Shown: in pieces, positions 23,773 through 36,951 of the stretch
How the letters are laid out: each line of letters opens with the position of its first letter
Position numbering within the stretch: position 1 is the first letter of the stretch
Assembly (NCBI GenBank): GCA_004431415.1
Contig: QPMI01000482.1
Span: 434,001 to 498,000, forward strand
Length of the DNA stretch: 64,000 bases
Origin: Cyanophora paradoxa CCMP329
Lineage: Eukaryota > Plantae > Glaucophyta
Direction: 5' to 3'
Notes under the pieces: generated by a model
The model's input: the letters and a program-made list of their open reading frames with translations, nothing else
Told to the model about the DNA's origin: nothing
The model's database searches: none
Made by a program: the position numbers and the translations under genes

Positions 23773-26700
23773 CTACAAGAGACCGAGGGGCATGCCGGAG
23801 CCGGTGAGGGGCGTCCCCTCCAGGCCGCCGCCGCCGAGCTGGTCCTCGCCCGAGGGCTCCAGGCCACCCAGCAGCTCGTCCTCCCCCACCTGCGGGGTAC
23901 CGTTTCATTCGGGGCTGCGCTGCCCGGGCGGGGCGGGGCGGGGCGGGGCGGGCCTCGTCGGCGCCGAGGGCGACGGCGGCGCCCTCGAGGCTCTCCTTCG
24001 TCTCCATCTCCTGCGCCCCCCGCGTCGGGCCCCGCGCCCCGAGGCGGCCGGCGCCGCGCACCCCGGCCTTGCCGCTCGCGTTCGTCCAGAAGGACGCCTC
24101 GCGGGACCAGCCCGGCCCCACCGCCCCGAACGCCCCCTCCGGCAGCCGCTGCCGGCGGGCTCGCGCCGGGGCGCGCGGGGGCGGGGCGCCGGGGCGGCAC
24201 GTGGACGGCGAGGAAGAGCATGAGGCGCAGGGCGCTGTCCTCGTCCCCCTCCGCCGCCTGCAGCACGAGCGGAATCTTGTTCCGCAGCTCCTCCAGCTGC
24301 CCCCCGCCCCGTCAGCGGCCCCCGCCGGGCCGGGCGGCCCGCTGCCGGCGGCCGCACCCGGGTCGCCGCGTCCGCCTCCTCCCCGCCCTCGTTACTGAGC
24401 ACGATGCGGTGCACGGGGGAGACGGGGTTGTCGAACGCCTGCGGGGCGGTCAGAGGCCGGGGCAGGCGGGGCGGGGCGGTGCGGGGCGGGCGGGCCTCGA
24501 CGATGGCGGCGAGGAGCATGCCGGGGCGCTCCCCGGGGGCGAGCTCGCGCCCGAGGGCGGCCTCGGCGCGCGCCTGGGCCGCCGCGGCGAGCTCCGCCAT
24601 CGCGGCGTCCATCGCGGGGCCCACGCCCTCCTTCGCCTCCTCGATCGCCTCGTCCACCGCCTGCGCCCCGCGCGTCGGACGCGCCGCGCCGAGCGAGCGA
24701 GCCGGGGGCGGGCGGGCACGTCGAGAGGCGCTCGTCCATGCGGCGCTGGTCGCTGCGGGGCACGTGCGCCGGCGGGTCCACCGCGTCCGCCAGCGCCTCC
24801 ATCGCCTCCAGCACCGCCCCCGCGCCCCTGCCCCGCCCGCCGCCGCCCCGTCACCGCTCCGCCCCGCCCGCGCGGCGCGGCGCGGGCCGGAGGCGCAGGG
24901 CCGCGCACCGCGCGCGTCCTCCGTATCGGGGTCCGCGCTGTTGTGGCCGGCCAGCGCCTCCGCGATCCTGCGCGCGGCGAGGCTCGGGCGCCCCGCCCCG
25001 CGCCCCGCCCCCGCCGCGCCGCGCCCGGCGGACCTGTGGATCGCCGCGAGCTCGGCGGCCTGCCGGGCGGGTCGGGCGCAGCGGCCCCCCGCCGCCTTGG
25101 CCAGCGCCGACTGGTACGCCTGCGGGCGGTCAGCGGGGCCGCCGGGACGGGCGCGGGGCGCGGGGCGGCGCGCCGGCTGGAGGACGTAGCGGAGGTAGTC
25201 GCGCAGGAACTCGTGCGGGTCCCGGTGCTCGGGCCGGCCCCGTCCCCCGCCGCCTGCGCCCCGCTCGCAAAGAGCGCGGGGGGCGGAGGGCAGCGGGCGG
25301 GGCCGGGCGGGCCGGCGGACCTTGATGGAGGAGGCGAGGCCGGCGATGTCGCGCGCGAGGTGCATCGGGAAGCCGTCGTACGCCTCCGCCCGCCACAGCT
25401 CCAGGTCCTACGCACCCGCCCCGGCGCCCGTCAGGGCGGGAGGGCACCGCCAGCGGGGCCCCGGGGCGCGCCTTGAGGATCTGGGCGTCGTACGCGGCGA
25501 GCAGGCCCGCCCCGACCGACGCGGCCGTGCCGGCCTCCGGCGCGCCATCCGCAGCGGCGCCCTCGGGGGCGGCAGGGCGGAAGGCGCCGCGGCCCTCGGG
25601 CGCGTCGCTCCGAAGCCAGTCCGCGAACTCGGTCATCCTCAACGCGCAGTCGCCTGCCGCGGCCTCAGGGAGCGGGAGGAGGAGAGAGGGGCCGCCGGGG
25701 CCGCACCGCCCTCCTTGATGGCCTTGGTGACGGCGTCGAAGCGCTCGAGAGCGCCCAGGACGAGCGGCTCCTCCCCGCCCGCCTCCCCCTCCGCCCGCCC
25801 GTAGAGCCCCTGCCGCGCGGTCGCGGGGCGCGCGGGGAGGCGCGGGCGCGGGGCGGGGCGCGGGGCTCGGGCTCGCCTCGGCCAGGGCGACGTGCGTGCG
25901 AAGGAGGGCGTCGTCGGGCGGCAGGACCGGCTGCCCGCGGCGGTCGCGAGGCGCCAGGAGGGAAGAGGAAGGAAAGGGGCGCACCCGGGCGAAGGCCTCG
26001 GGGCCGCTGCCGGGCGGAGGCGCGGTGTGGGCGTCGGGAGCGGCCCCTCGCCCGGCGTCACCGCCTCCGCCTTCTCGAGCACGTCCTCGTGGAGCGCCAG
26101 GATGGGCAAATACACCGAGAGCGGGTACACCGACTCCGCGCTCGCCGCCGCCTGCTCCACGATCGCCGCCTGCGGGCTTCCCTCGGCCCGCGCCCCGCCG
26201 CCCGCGCACCGGCCCGGGCCGGGCCCACCTGCGTCGCCTTGTCCGCGTTCCACACGTCCTGCGGGCCGCGGCCGCGTCAGCCGGTCCCGCGGGCGCCGGC
26301 GCGCGAGGGAGGGGAGCAGGGCGCGCCATCGCGAGCCGCTCGTCGTGCGCGCGCCGCGCCGCCGCGCCGCCCGTCCACCACTCGCCCTCGCCCGCCGCGT
26401 ACTCGCCCGCCGGCGGCGCCACGGCGTCCGCCAGCGCGTCCGCCGCCGCCTGCGCCGCCTCGCCGACCGTGTCGCTGCCGCCCTCGAGCCCGTCTGGCCG
26501 GCGCCGCGTCAGCGCGCCATGCCGCGGCGGTGGGGCGGGAAGGGGTGGCGGCGGCGGAAGGCGGACCGAAGACGGCGATACCGGTGTATGGCGCCTCGCT
26601 GGGGGCGCGGCCGGCGGCGAGCACGCCGCAGAGGCCGTGCAGGGAGTCAGCGACGGCGGACGGGTCGCCGTCCGAGCGGCCCCTGAACGCCTCCGCGAGC

Positions 26701-27111
26701 TCCCGGTGTACACCGCGCTGCACAAATACTCAACGATGTCCTCGGCACGCGCTTGGACCGAGAGACGGCGCACCCGCAGAAATGCGTCCAGGTCATGCTC
26801 CTCCTGCTCGTTCAGGGCCTCTGGCGTGAGCAGCCGCACGCGGGAGAGAGCAATATCCTGCGGTACAATCTCTCAGTGAAGGCGCCGAGCGGGATAAACA
26901 GGGGCTGACCTCAAGCTGCGTGAGCGCCGCGTGGAGCCCTGCCGGGTCCTCCCCATCCGCGGCGATCTCCGCCTTACGGACAACCTGTGACGATGAATCA
27001 GCGCTCCCAGCTCGCATTCACGTCTTGGCTTCCCGGAGGGCGCACGTCTTCGACAGCGGCTTTGTGTGCAGCTCGGTCCGCCTCGCTCATCTGTTCCCAG
27101 GCCCCCGGCAT
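23773..27111 (-). CDS. Uncharacterised Ala/Glu-rich helical protein (multi-exon)
   Basis: Consistent chain of exons bounded by GT/GC..AG introns from MPGAWEQMSEADR to ...GSGMPLGLL*; no family recognised. Confidence 0.65.
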
Positions 27112-27581
27112 CGCGGCCGCTGTGCAGCCGGTGCCGACGATTGAGCTCAGCGACTTCTCGAACGGGAAGCACACGGGGAGCAAGACGGCGGCTGCGGCGG
27201 GTTGGCTCCTAGGCCGCCGACCGGTTGGCTTTCGACGCGCGCTCCTCGGCTCCGCGGCCGGTCGGGGCGCAAGCTGGTTGAGCGGCTGCACCTTGCTGGA
27301 TGCGGGCAGAAGCTCAAATGCAACCAGCTGCAGCTCGGAGGCTGGCGCGGCAGTGGCGCCGGCGTGGGGGGTAGGCAGCCAGAGGAAAGGGGGGGGCGTG
27401 GTGGGGGGGGGGAGGGTGAGGGGGGGGTGGAGAGGGAGTACGAGCTGAGTGTGTTCGCGGGCCATGTGACCTTGCAGATGCTTGCGAGTGTCACAGTGCA
27501 CGTGTAGCCCTGTGAGCCAGCGTTCTTCTTAAGTTTTAACTTTTATATATTTAAGCGTCCAACTTCTTACGAGCGTTGCAA

Positions 27582-27601
27582 TTGCAACTTGCAAGTTGCA
27601 A
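27582..27601. repeat. Perfect 20-bp palindrome in a divergent intergenic region
   Basis: TTGCAACTTG CAAGTTGCAA is its own reverse complement; a related GCAAGTTGCAAGTTG occurs near 14245. Confidence 0.85.
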
Positions 27602-28162
27602 AGTACGACAGCGGCCGGCGGTTAGCGTGCCCGAGCGCCTCGCGGATCGACGCCCAAACCCTCCGATGTCCTCCGTATGTGTCTGTGGCGCTCAGGCTCG
27701 CGGCTCAGCATAGCTAGGAAGAGGTCAAGGGTACGCTCCAGCAGGCCGCCGGGCAGGAGTCAGGCCGGCGTCTCTTGCACGGCCGACCCCGGCAAGTCGC
27801 GGGCCTTTGCGGCTGAGTTTCAAAACACCTGCTCAGCGGATTGACGAAGGTCTATACTGGTGCTAAGACGGCTGAGCGGCGTCTCGCAGAGTGGGAGCAC
27901 GGTACCTCCATTCGATTGGAAAACTCCGCATGTGTCAGCCGGCTCACTCGGCGCGCGTACGCGCTCAGAGTGTCACGACATCGTGCAAGAGTTGGTCACC
28001 GGCGGCTGCTGAGCAGCCTGCGAGCGCTGGACGAACCCACCTAGCGGGAACCCAGCACAGGGGCCGCCGGCGGTCCCGTGAGCCCACCTTGGAGGAGCCT
28101 GCCGCACAGTGTCTTCGTCGTGGTACGCGCTAGGACCCGGGGCGGCGCCCTCGGGTCCCGAG

Positions 28163-31054
28163 ATGGCAGTCGGCGGGCGCGCGAGCCCCGCGCCGATCAA
28201 CGCGCAAAGCTCCACGGGGCGCACGGTGCCCCTCAGCCACTCGGGCTCCTCCTCGTCCCTTCTGCGGCCCGGCGACACGTCGGGGGCCCCGCGCATGAAC
28301 GGGTCCAGCTCCGCCTCCAAGGTGCCCCCCGCCCGCCCGCCCGCCCCCGCCGGCGATGCCGGCTCCGGTTCCGACGCCGCCGGCGCCGGCGCCGCAGCTG
28401 CCGGAGCCGTACGCGGCGCTGGGGCTCGGCAGCTCCTCGAGCTCCACCCTCCCCGCCATCCTGCAGAGGAACGGGGCGGCCGGCGCCCCTCCCGCCGGCG
28501 CGGCCTCGGGGAAGGAGGGCGGGAGCCCGGCGGGGCGGCCGCGGAACCTGCCCGAGCTGCGCAACGGCCTGTCGCCCTCCGCCTCCGCCGAGGGACGGCT
28601 CCCCGACGGCGGCGGCGGCGGCGGCGGCGGCATAGACGCCGGCACGCAGGTCAAGCTCCAGGAGTTCCTCGCGCGGCTCAGCGTGCGCCCCGCCGGCCGG
28701 CGCTTCTCGCGCAGCGTTGGGCATTCCTTTGCTGAGGGGAGGCCGGCGCCGGCGCGGCACCCGCAGAAGGCGAACTCGGGCCTGCTGACGGCCCTCGGGG
28801 CGCTGACGAGCAAGGTCGAGAGCCTCGAGACCCGCATCGCCGTCCGCCCGCCCCGCCCTGCCCCCAGAACCCCCGAGCGCTCACCCCCCGCCGGCCGGCG
28901 CGCAGGACTCGGGCGCCGCGCGGAGCCCGACGCCGTCGCTGCGGAGCCCGAGCCGCCGCCGCTGCCGCCGGCGGGCCTCGCCGGTGCCGGGGAGGCGCAG
29001 CAGCGGGGCGTGCTGGCGGAGCTCGAGACGCGCACGGCGGTCGTCTCCCGCCAGCTCGTCTCCCTCGAGGCCCAGCTGCGCGCCGCCGAGGAGCGCGCCG
29101 GCGCCGGGGCGAGCGGCGCGGCAGCACGGACATGGCGCTGGTGGCGCTGCGCGTGCAGCTCGCCTCGCTCGAGAGCCGCCTGGGGCCCTCGAGGAGGCGG
29201 GAGGCGCCCCGGCCTCGCCAGCGTCGGCTCCCTCGGCTCCCCGGCGCCCTCGGCGAGCGCCGCGCCTCCGCCGGCAGCGCCAGCAGCGGCGGCCTCGGCC
29301 CCGCCGCCGCCGGCGGCCCCGAGGACGCCGGCGCCGGCACCCTCCGGCGCCAGATGGAGCTCGTCGCCGAGCAGGCGAGCGCCCCCCGCCGTGGGGAGCC
29401 CTGCGCCCCGCTCACGCCCGCCCGCCCGCGCGCTGCAGGTCATCACCAGGCGGCTTGTGGCGGTGGAGGAGCGAATCACCGCGCACCGGACGGAGGTCCG
29501 AGCCCTGCAGCGCCCCTTTCCGGCCCGCTTGAGCTGATTCGATCGCAGGCCGAGGACGCCCTCGCGCAGCTTCGGGTGCAGGTTCGAATCCGCGACGGGG
29601 CACTCTCGGTGCTCGCGGGGGCGGGGGCCGACCGGCCGGCGCAGATCGCCGAGCACCGGATGGCGGCCGGCGCGGCTGGGGCCCAAGGCGGGGAGAACGC
29701 GTTCGACATGCGCCAGATCCTGCAGGAGCGCCCCGCCGAGGGGGCCGGGGTGCGCCCCCCGCTGCTCCCGCTCCCCGCCGCGCTCTGAGAGGACCGCCCA
29801 GGACGTGAACCCGCGCCTGCTGGCGGAGCTCGAGACGCGGAGCAAGGACCAGTCCGACCGCCTCACCCTCATGGTGCCGCCTCCGCCTCGGACCCCGCGG
29901 CGCCCGCCTCGCCCGGCCTCACGGCGGGGCCGGCCAGTTCCGGGACGAGCTGCAGGTCGAGGCGGCGCGCTCCCGGGAGCTCCACGAGGAGCTCCGCGCG
30001 AGCCTCGCCCAGGTGCCCCCGCCCGTCCAGAAGCCCCGCGCCCGCCGGCCCCGACGCGGCGCGCCCCGCCCCCATCAGGTCCAGGAGGAGCTCGCTGCCG
30101 TGCGGGCAGGGCGCGAGCCGGCGCCGCCGGTGCCTGCGCCGGCGGGGGACAAGGGGGAGGAGGCGGCGGCGGGGGCGCCGCTGAAGGCGGTGGAGGAGCT
30201 GCGGGGCGAGCTGGGGCGGCTGGGGGCGCGGGTGGAGGAGCGGGAGAAGCAGGCGGCGGCGGCGGCGGCGCAGCTGGCCGGGGGGCTGCAGGGCCACCTC
30301 GAGGAGCTGCGCACCCGCCTCGAGCAGCTCCATGGCCGCCTCGACCGGCCCCCGCCCCCGCCCCCGGAGCTCGCCGAGGTCCCCCGCCCCCGTACCCCCC
30401 GGACCCCCCGGCCCCGCCCCCGCCCGACCCTCTTCTCCTCCCCGCCGCAGGTGAAGGAGCAGCTGGCGCGGGTGCAGGCGCGGCTGGAGGCGCCGCCGGC
30501 CGGGGTACAGGAGCTCGGGGCCGTCGTCTCGCAGCTCCAGGCGAGGCTCGACGCGCTCCAGGCGCCCCGCCCCCCCGAGGTGCGAGCCGCCCGGCCCTCT
30601 TTCCCCTCTGGCCTCGCCCGCCCTCCTCACGCGGGGCGGCGCGCAGGGCGGCTCCCGCCCGGGCTCCTCCGCTCGCCCGCCCTCCTCCCGCCCCGCGGCG
30701 GCTCCTTCACGGGCGCCGGCGGGGAGGCCTCGCCGGCCCCCGGGGCGGGGGCCGGGGCCGGCTCGGAGGGGGGCGGCGGGGAGGCGGAGCCGCGGGGCAG
30801 CGACGTGGACCGGGCGCTCGCGGAGTGGGAGGCCCGTAACCGGGAGACCGCCGAGCAGATCGCCCACAAGGTGCCCGCGACGGGAGTTCGAACCCGCTCG
30901 CCCGGAGAGGAGGCTGAGCTCGGCCCGCGCGCGCGCGCAGATGCTGGAGACTCTCAAGCGGGAGGCGGCGAAGACGAAGCAGCTGAAGGGCGAGCTCACC
31001 AAGGTCGTCGACAGGGTCTCCCGCATCGAGGAGCGCCTCCCCCCTCCGGCCTGA
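28163..31054 (+). CDS. Uncharacterised coiled-coil protein (may have upstream exons from the ATG at 27666)
   Basis: Heptad-rich exons LTSKVESLETRI, LVSLEAQLRAAEER, LRGELGRLGARVEERE and LTKVVDRVSRIEERL after a low-complexity N-terminus. Confidence 0.7.
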
Positions 31055-31571
31055 GGCGCCGGCGGCCCCGCGCCCCGAGATTCCAGTTGTTAATGTTCAG
31101 ATCGATCCCCGGATCTGTCGGGTCCTCGCTTTCCGAAGTTCCGTAGCAGGTAGTTCAGCCTAGTTTAACTACGTCGCATGCAGCTGCAGCGGTATTATCC
31201 ATCGCTTTGAATTTTTTTTGCGTATTTGCCAGCCAGTCCGCGGCAAGTGCAGCAGATGCCGTGCTAGTATTAGTACAGTGTTGGCCTTCGAATTCGTATT
31301 TGCATCGTATCTCTTGTTCAGAATCTGACAGCTAGCTAGGACTTCGTTTCTCTCGATCGCGAGCTCTCACTCAAGGTGCGGACCGCGGCCGGCCCGGCGG
31401 ATCCGGAGTCACTGCGCATGCGGATCCGGACAATTTGATCGCTGCTGGCTGGGGTACGCACATTAATTCGAAGTTGCGCGTTCGATCTTTCGACGTTGGT
31501 TGCAGCTGCAGCAGGCGCCTCGGCCGCAGCCAGCGGCCCCGCTGCACTGCATGCAGCGGTAAGCGAGCACT

Positions 31572-34500
31572 ATGGCGGGGTCGGCCGTGCGCTATAGCTC
31601 CGGCGGCCGCCACCCGCCTGGAAACGGACGTGGGGGCGGCAGCAACAGGCACCACCGAGCGCAACCAGGGGAGAACGGCCCCTCTATCGACGTTGACGAC
31701 ACCGACCGCTCATCCGACGAGGACGAAGACTCGGCCGACGAGTACGCTGCCGACGGCTTCGTCGTGGATGACCACGATGCTTTGATTCCTGAAGACGAAG
31801 CGGATGTCCTCGGTAACGCGGAGAAGTGCGTCCGCAGCTTGCGCCGAGTCCACATTTCACAGCTGACCGGCGCTCGGGCAGGCAACTGCGGAAAAAGCGG
31901 CGGCTTAGCCGCGCAGCCGCAGCGGACAAGGAGAACCGCGCCAGCGGAACCAGGCCTGTGGCCAGCGGCAAGAGCGGAGGCAACGAAGCCGCAGCAAGTC
32001 GGCGACGGCAGCCGCTGATGGACGCGAACGCTTCGAACCGGGAGACCGCCCCGAGCGGAGCGTACAGACCGCACGGCTCGTCTTCGGCCCGCCCGGCCGC
32101 GTCCTCGAGCTCGGCCCGCCCGGCCGCGTCCTCGGCCCGCCCAGTCGCGTCCGCGCCGGGTCCGCCGCGGGCGCCGGAGAGCCGCGCGGCCGGCGCTCCT
32201 ACCAGGCCAGCTGCAAGAGCAGGGAGCGCCGCCCCGAACCACGCCGGCGCGTCCGCTCTCGCTCCCGGTCCGCCCCGGCCCACCTCGTTCGCGACACGGG
32301 GGGCCGACTGGCGCCGCAGGGGCCAGCGCGGCGACGGTGATCGACCTCATCAGCGACGAAGACGAGCCGATTCAGGAGACCCGGGCGAGCGCGGAGGCGC
32401 CGCTTCGGGGGACAGGGGCCCTTGAAGAGGGGCGAGAGGCCGCGCCGCCTGCCGCCGAGGACGAGGACGGCGGCAGAAGCAGGAGCTCGAGCCTCGGCAG
32501 CCCGGTTGCCGGCTCGGGGCCCTCCAGGCTCTCCCGGCTCCGCAAGAACGCCCCGAACTCGGGTGCGTCGATCCGGCCGAGCGGGCGCCAAGGGCTCGGC
32601 TGACGCGGCGCAGTGCCCGACGAGGAGGAGGAGGGGGAGGGGCCGCCCCCCGCCGAACCGGCCGCCCCCGCCAGCGGCCCTTCGGCCAGCGCCGCCCCTC
32701 CGGAGGCGTCCCGCCGCCCCCGGCTCCGCAAGAACGCCCCGGACTCGGGTGCGCGAGCGCGAGCGCGAGCGCGAGCGGCGCAGCGAGCTCGAAGGCGAGA
32801 GCCGCCTAACGGGCGAGCGCAGTGGACGATGCCGAGGAAGCGGACGTGGGCGGGCCCCCTTCCGCCGGGCCCGACACCCCGCCCAGCGGCCCGCCGGCCT
32901 TCCCCGAGCAGGCCGCCGCGAGCTGGGAAGGGTGTGGCGACTCGGATGGGGAGGGGGATGGGTCGGTGCGCTCGGCAGACATCAGCGGGCAGCCTACCCC
33001 GTTCAGCGACTCGGATGAGGGGGAGGCCCCCGCCCCGGAGTCCGCGCCAGCCTCAGCCCCGGCCCCGGCCCCGGCCCCGGCCCCGGCCGCGGAGACCAGC
33101 AGCCAAGCGTGGGTCCCCGAGGCAGTCCCGGGCGAGCGCCCCGGACCGGCGGACGATGGCGGGTCCGACACCGACAGCATTCGTGCGCCTGGCCCCTTCC
33201 CGCCGCGCCGCGCCGCTAGGCCGGCCGCGCCCTGACCCCGCCGCCGCCGCAGTGGAGCCCATCCCCGGCTTCAGCAAGCCGTACAACCACGCACCCCCTC
33301 CTGCCCCCTCCCGCTCACCCGCCCCCGGCCCCTCGTCGGCCCGGAGCCCGCCGTGTTGGGGTCGCGCCGACCTCTCGCCCGTCCCATCCCCGTTCCCGGA
33401 CCCGATCTGCGCTTCCCCCCGGGCCTCCCAGGCGTCTCTCGAAGAGGGGCGGGGGGGCGCCCCGTCCCCGCGCGGCCCCGGCGGCGCCCGCCGCCGGCCC
33501 CAGCAGACCCGTCGCGGAGACAGGGGGGAAGCTTCCCCGGACGGCTCCGAGGCGGACGGGGAGGAGGACGAGGGCGCGCGCGCGCGCGAGCCGCCGGGCG
33601 GCCGGCGCGCGGCGAAGCGGCGGACGAGCTCGAGCGCCCTGCGGGGCCGCAAGCGGAAGGAGGAGGACGAGGGCGAGGAGGGTCTTGCGCCAGCGCCGCC
33701 GGCCGGCCGCCGCGGGGCGCCGCGGGGCCGGAAGCGGAAGCCCGCCCGGGGCGCGTCCTCACCCTCGTCCTCGTCCTCGTCGTCTTCGGAGGAGGGCGAG
33801 CCTGCGCCTCGGTGGGCGGCGCGGGGCCGGCGGCGCCCTCGCTCTGCATCCTCGTCGCCTTCAGAGGGCGAGGAGGGGGCCCAGAAGAAGCGGAGTGCGC
33901 CCCCGCTCCCCGCCCCCCGCCCCTCTGCCCCCTTCCCCTCACCGGGGCCCCCCGACGCAGGACGCCAAGCGCGGGGCAAGCGGCCCGAGGCGGCGGGGAA
34001 GGGCAGAGGCGGCCGCGGAGGCAAGGCGAGGGGCGGGCGCCGGACAGACGAGAGCGAGTACGTGCAGTCGAACTGGAGCTTTCCTGGCCCCTCGCCCACA
34101 GTTTCGCAGTTTCGTGGTGAGCGACGGCGCTTCCATCGAATACGAGTCCGACGCCGGATCGGAGAAGATGCTCGACCAGGCGCGCAGCGCGCCGCTGGGG
34201 CCGTGGCGGGGCTGACGGGAGGGGGCGGGTGTGCAGGAGGAGGTGGTGGCGGAGGTGGAGCGGCAGCTGCAGGAGGAGGAGGCGCTCCGCGAGGAGCGCA
34301 CCATGGCCCGCGTGTCTCGCAACGTGGCGCGCCCCGCCCCGCCGCTCACGCCCCACCCCGCCCCGCTCGAGGGCCGCTCAGGGCGGGCGCAGGAGGGGTA
34401 CAAGCGGGGCGCCTCGGGCACGGTCATGGACGGCGGCATCCTCGAAGGTCCCCCGCCGCCCCCGCACGCCGGCGACGGGCCCCCTCCCGCCTCTCACTCC

Positions 34501-35985
34501 GTGCGCCCCGCAGAGCTCGGCGCCACGTTCCGGCGCGACCCGCAGCGCGACTTCGACGACGCGTTCCGGCGCTGGGCAAGGGCCCTCTTCGGCCAGCTGC
34601 GGCACCAGAGCCCGCGGGCGGCCCGGCGCGACCCGGGTGGGGCCCGCCCCTCCCGCCCCCCTGCGCCTCCTGCGCGCGCCCGCCTGAGGGGAGGCATGCC
34701 GCCCGGGCGCGGCAGAGCTGCTCCGCGCGCAGCAGACGGTGCGGAGGCGCCTGTACGAAGCCGCGGAGGTCGTCCAGAGCAACATTTGGGCGCGCGAGTT
34801 CAAGGTCCGCTCGCGGTCGGGCCTCCCCGCGAGCAGCGCCCCCCGCGCCCCGGCCCGAGCGCGGGGCGGGCAGTACGCCATCGAAACCCTCCCCATCGTC
34901 GACGAATCGAACGACTTCAGCGAGCGCTGCGGTGCGGGCGCGGGGGCGGGGGCGCCTCGCTGCGCCTCCGGAGCCTCCAGCGAGGCCGAGGCGGCGCAGG
35001 CTCGTGCAACCGGGAGGTCGGGTCGGCGCGCAAGACTTGGCTCGTCTTCGACGCCTTCAGCTACCATCCCGAAGCCTTCTGGACCTCCCCCTCCGCCCAC
35101 CCCGTCCGCTCCATCCCCGCCAGCTTCCCATCCGCCCTCCGGATGCGCCTTCCTCGCCCGCGCCGCTCACTCGCACACTCAGGTCCTCACGCCGCGCGGG
35201 GGCGCGAGCTCGAGCTCGCGCGCCGAGACCCCGGAGGAGCAGAGACCGGCCTTCGCAGTCGGGCCGGCCTGCTGGCGCGCTCGAGCCTCCCTTGCCGCCG
35301 ACTAGAACGCGCGGGTGTCCCTCTAACCGCGACGCGCCACCGGCAGGTACATCGCGCGCTCCTTCCACTTCCTCTTCCACTACAAGTACCACTTCTGCCG
35401 CGAGCTGCAGGTCGGCGGCCCCCTCGCCTCGCCTCGCCCCGCCCCGCGCCCCTGCCCGCCTCCCTTTGCGCTCGCGGCCGGCCCCTCCGCCCTCGCCGAC
35501 GCCGGGCCGGGGCTGCCCAGAAATACGCGGAGGCGAACAAGCGCCTGACCGAGCTGCCGGAGGACTGGATCGAGGAGGTGCCCGGGGAAAGCGCGGTTGC
35601 GTCGCGCGCGGCCGACGCCCACCCGCCCGCAGAAACGCGACCTCGTCCTGCAGCACGCCGACGAGGCCAAAGGTGCCGCCTCGGACGCCCCCCGGGGCGC
35701 CGCTCCCCCTCCCCCGCCCCCCCCCCCCCCCCCCCCCCCCCCCGCCCCCGCCCCCGCCACCCGCTGAGGCTGCGCGCCTCCGCAGAGTACAGGCGGGACG
35801 CGAGGGCGGACCGAGCGGAGGGCTTCGTCGACGTCTTCGGCCGGAGCGTGCGGCGCGGCGTGAGCTCGAGCGAGGTCGACGACGACGACGCCGCCCGCCG
35901 CTCTTACGACCCTTTCGCCCCCGACCCCCAGCGCCAACGCGCGGGAAGAATCCTTCCGCGCTGGCTCCGCGAGGACCTCCGCTAG
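31572..35985 (+). CDS. DUF4211 / CCDC82-like protein
   Basis: Acidic and basic disordered N-terminus with a DGFVVDD motif, then VQSNIWAREFKYAIETLP, CGSCNR, FAVGPACW and LFHFLFHYKYHF, resembling the DUF4211 region and its Cys/His tail. Confidence 0.7.
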
Positions 35986-36951
35986 GCCAGGGCGCCTAGG
36001 CCTTCAGATCCAGCTCTACTCTTTCACTCAAGTCGTCTTCGTCTCTATTTAGTGCTCCGGGGTCTCTATTTTGTGCTTCGGCAGCCGTTTCAATTTCGGA
36101 ACCTATCTTGGAGAAGACAATATTTGGACATTTTCTTTGGACGTCTCTTCTGTTTTCGTCAGCGGTTGCAGGTTATAAGGCTCGTCTCGTAGTAGAAGTA
36201 AGCAGATATCGATGTACAGATGTAGATTCGCCGCTACCGCAGGTATGTAGAATAAACTAGCATGCCGTGCCAGTGCGGCCCGTGCGGTCGGCCTGCAGCT
36301 GCAGGGAACGGAGAAATTGCGCATGCCAAGCTTGACGAAATCGCGATCAAATTTGTGACGCGGACGTCGACGCTGTGACGGATGGGCCTGGCCGTTTCGC
36401 CGGCGTCGATCACGATCGTATCTGCTACCGGTAGCCAGCAGTGCCCACTGCCCAGCACTGGCCCAGCAGGCCTGCAGTGCCCGCTGCCGCAGTGCACGCG
36501 CGCGCAGCCAGGCCGCACTGTGCAGGGCACTAGGACTGCGCATGCGGGCGCCGCAAGCTATCATCAGGCTATCATAGAATAGCTACCGTATACGTAGTAC
36601 CGACAACAGCAGGCCTAGCAACAGGCTGTCACTGCTCTGCCTGTCAGCAGCGAAGGCGTTGGTGTCAGCAGCGACTCCGGTCCCTAGAAGCTGCGGCATT
36701 GCTGTTGCAAGCTCACTACAGCTCAGTGAGGTGCCGATCGACGTCGACGTGGAGTGCCGCACAGATTGTTTTGCCCCAGCAGGCCAAGTCAGCGGATCTT
36801 AGAGTCAGCGTCTGCCGTTTGCGACGCAACTGCCTCGGTGCGTGCTCTGCAGCAGTGCGTGCACGTGGTCAGTTTGCTTCCCGCCCCCTCCCTGAGCCCT
36901 CCGCGCTCACTTTCGCCCGCGGCCGGTCCGACCTCGCAGGGACCGGTAAAG

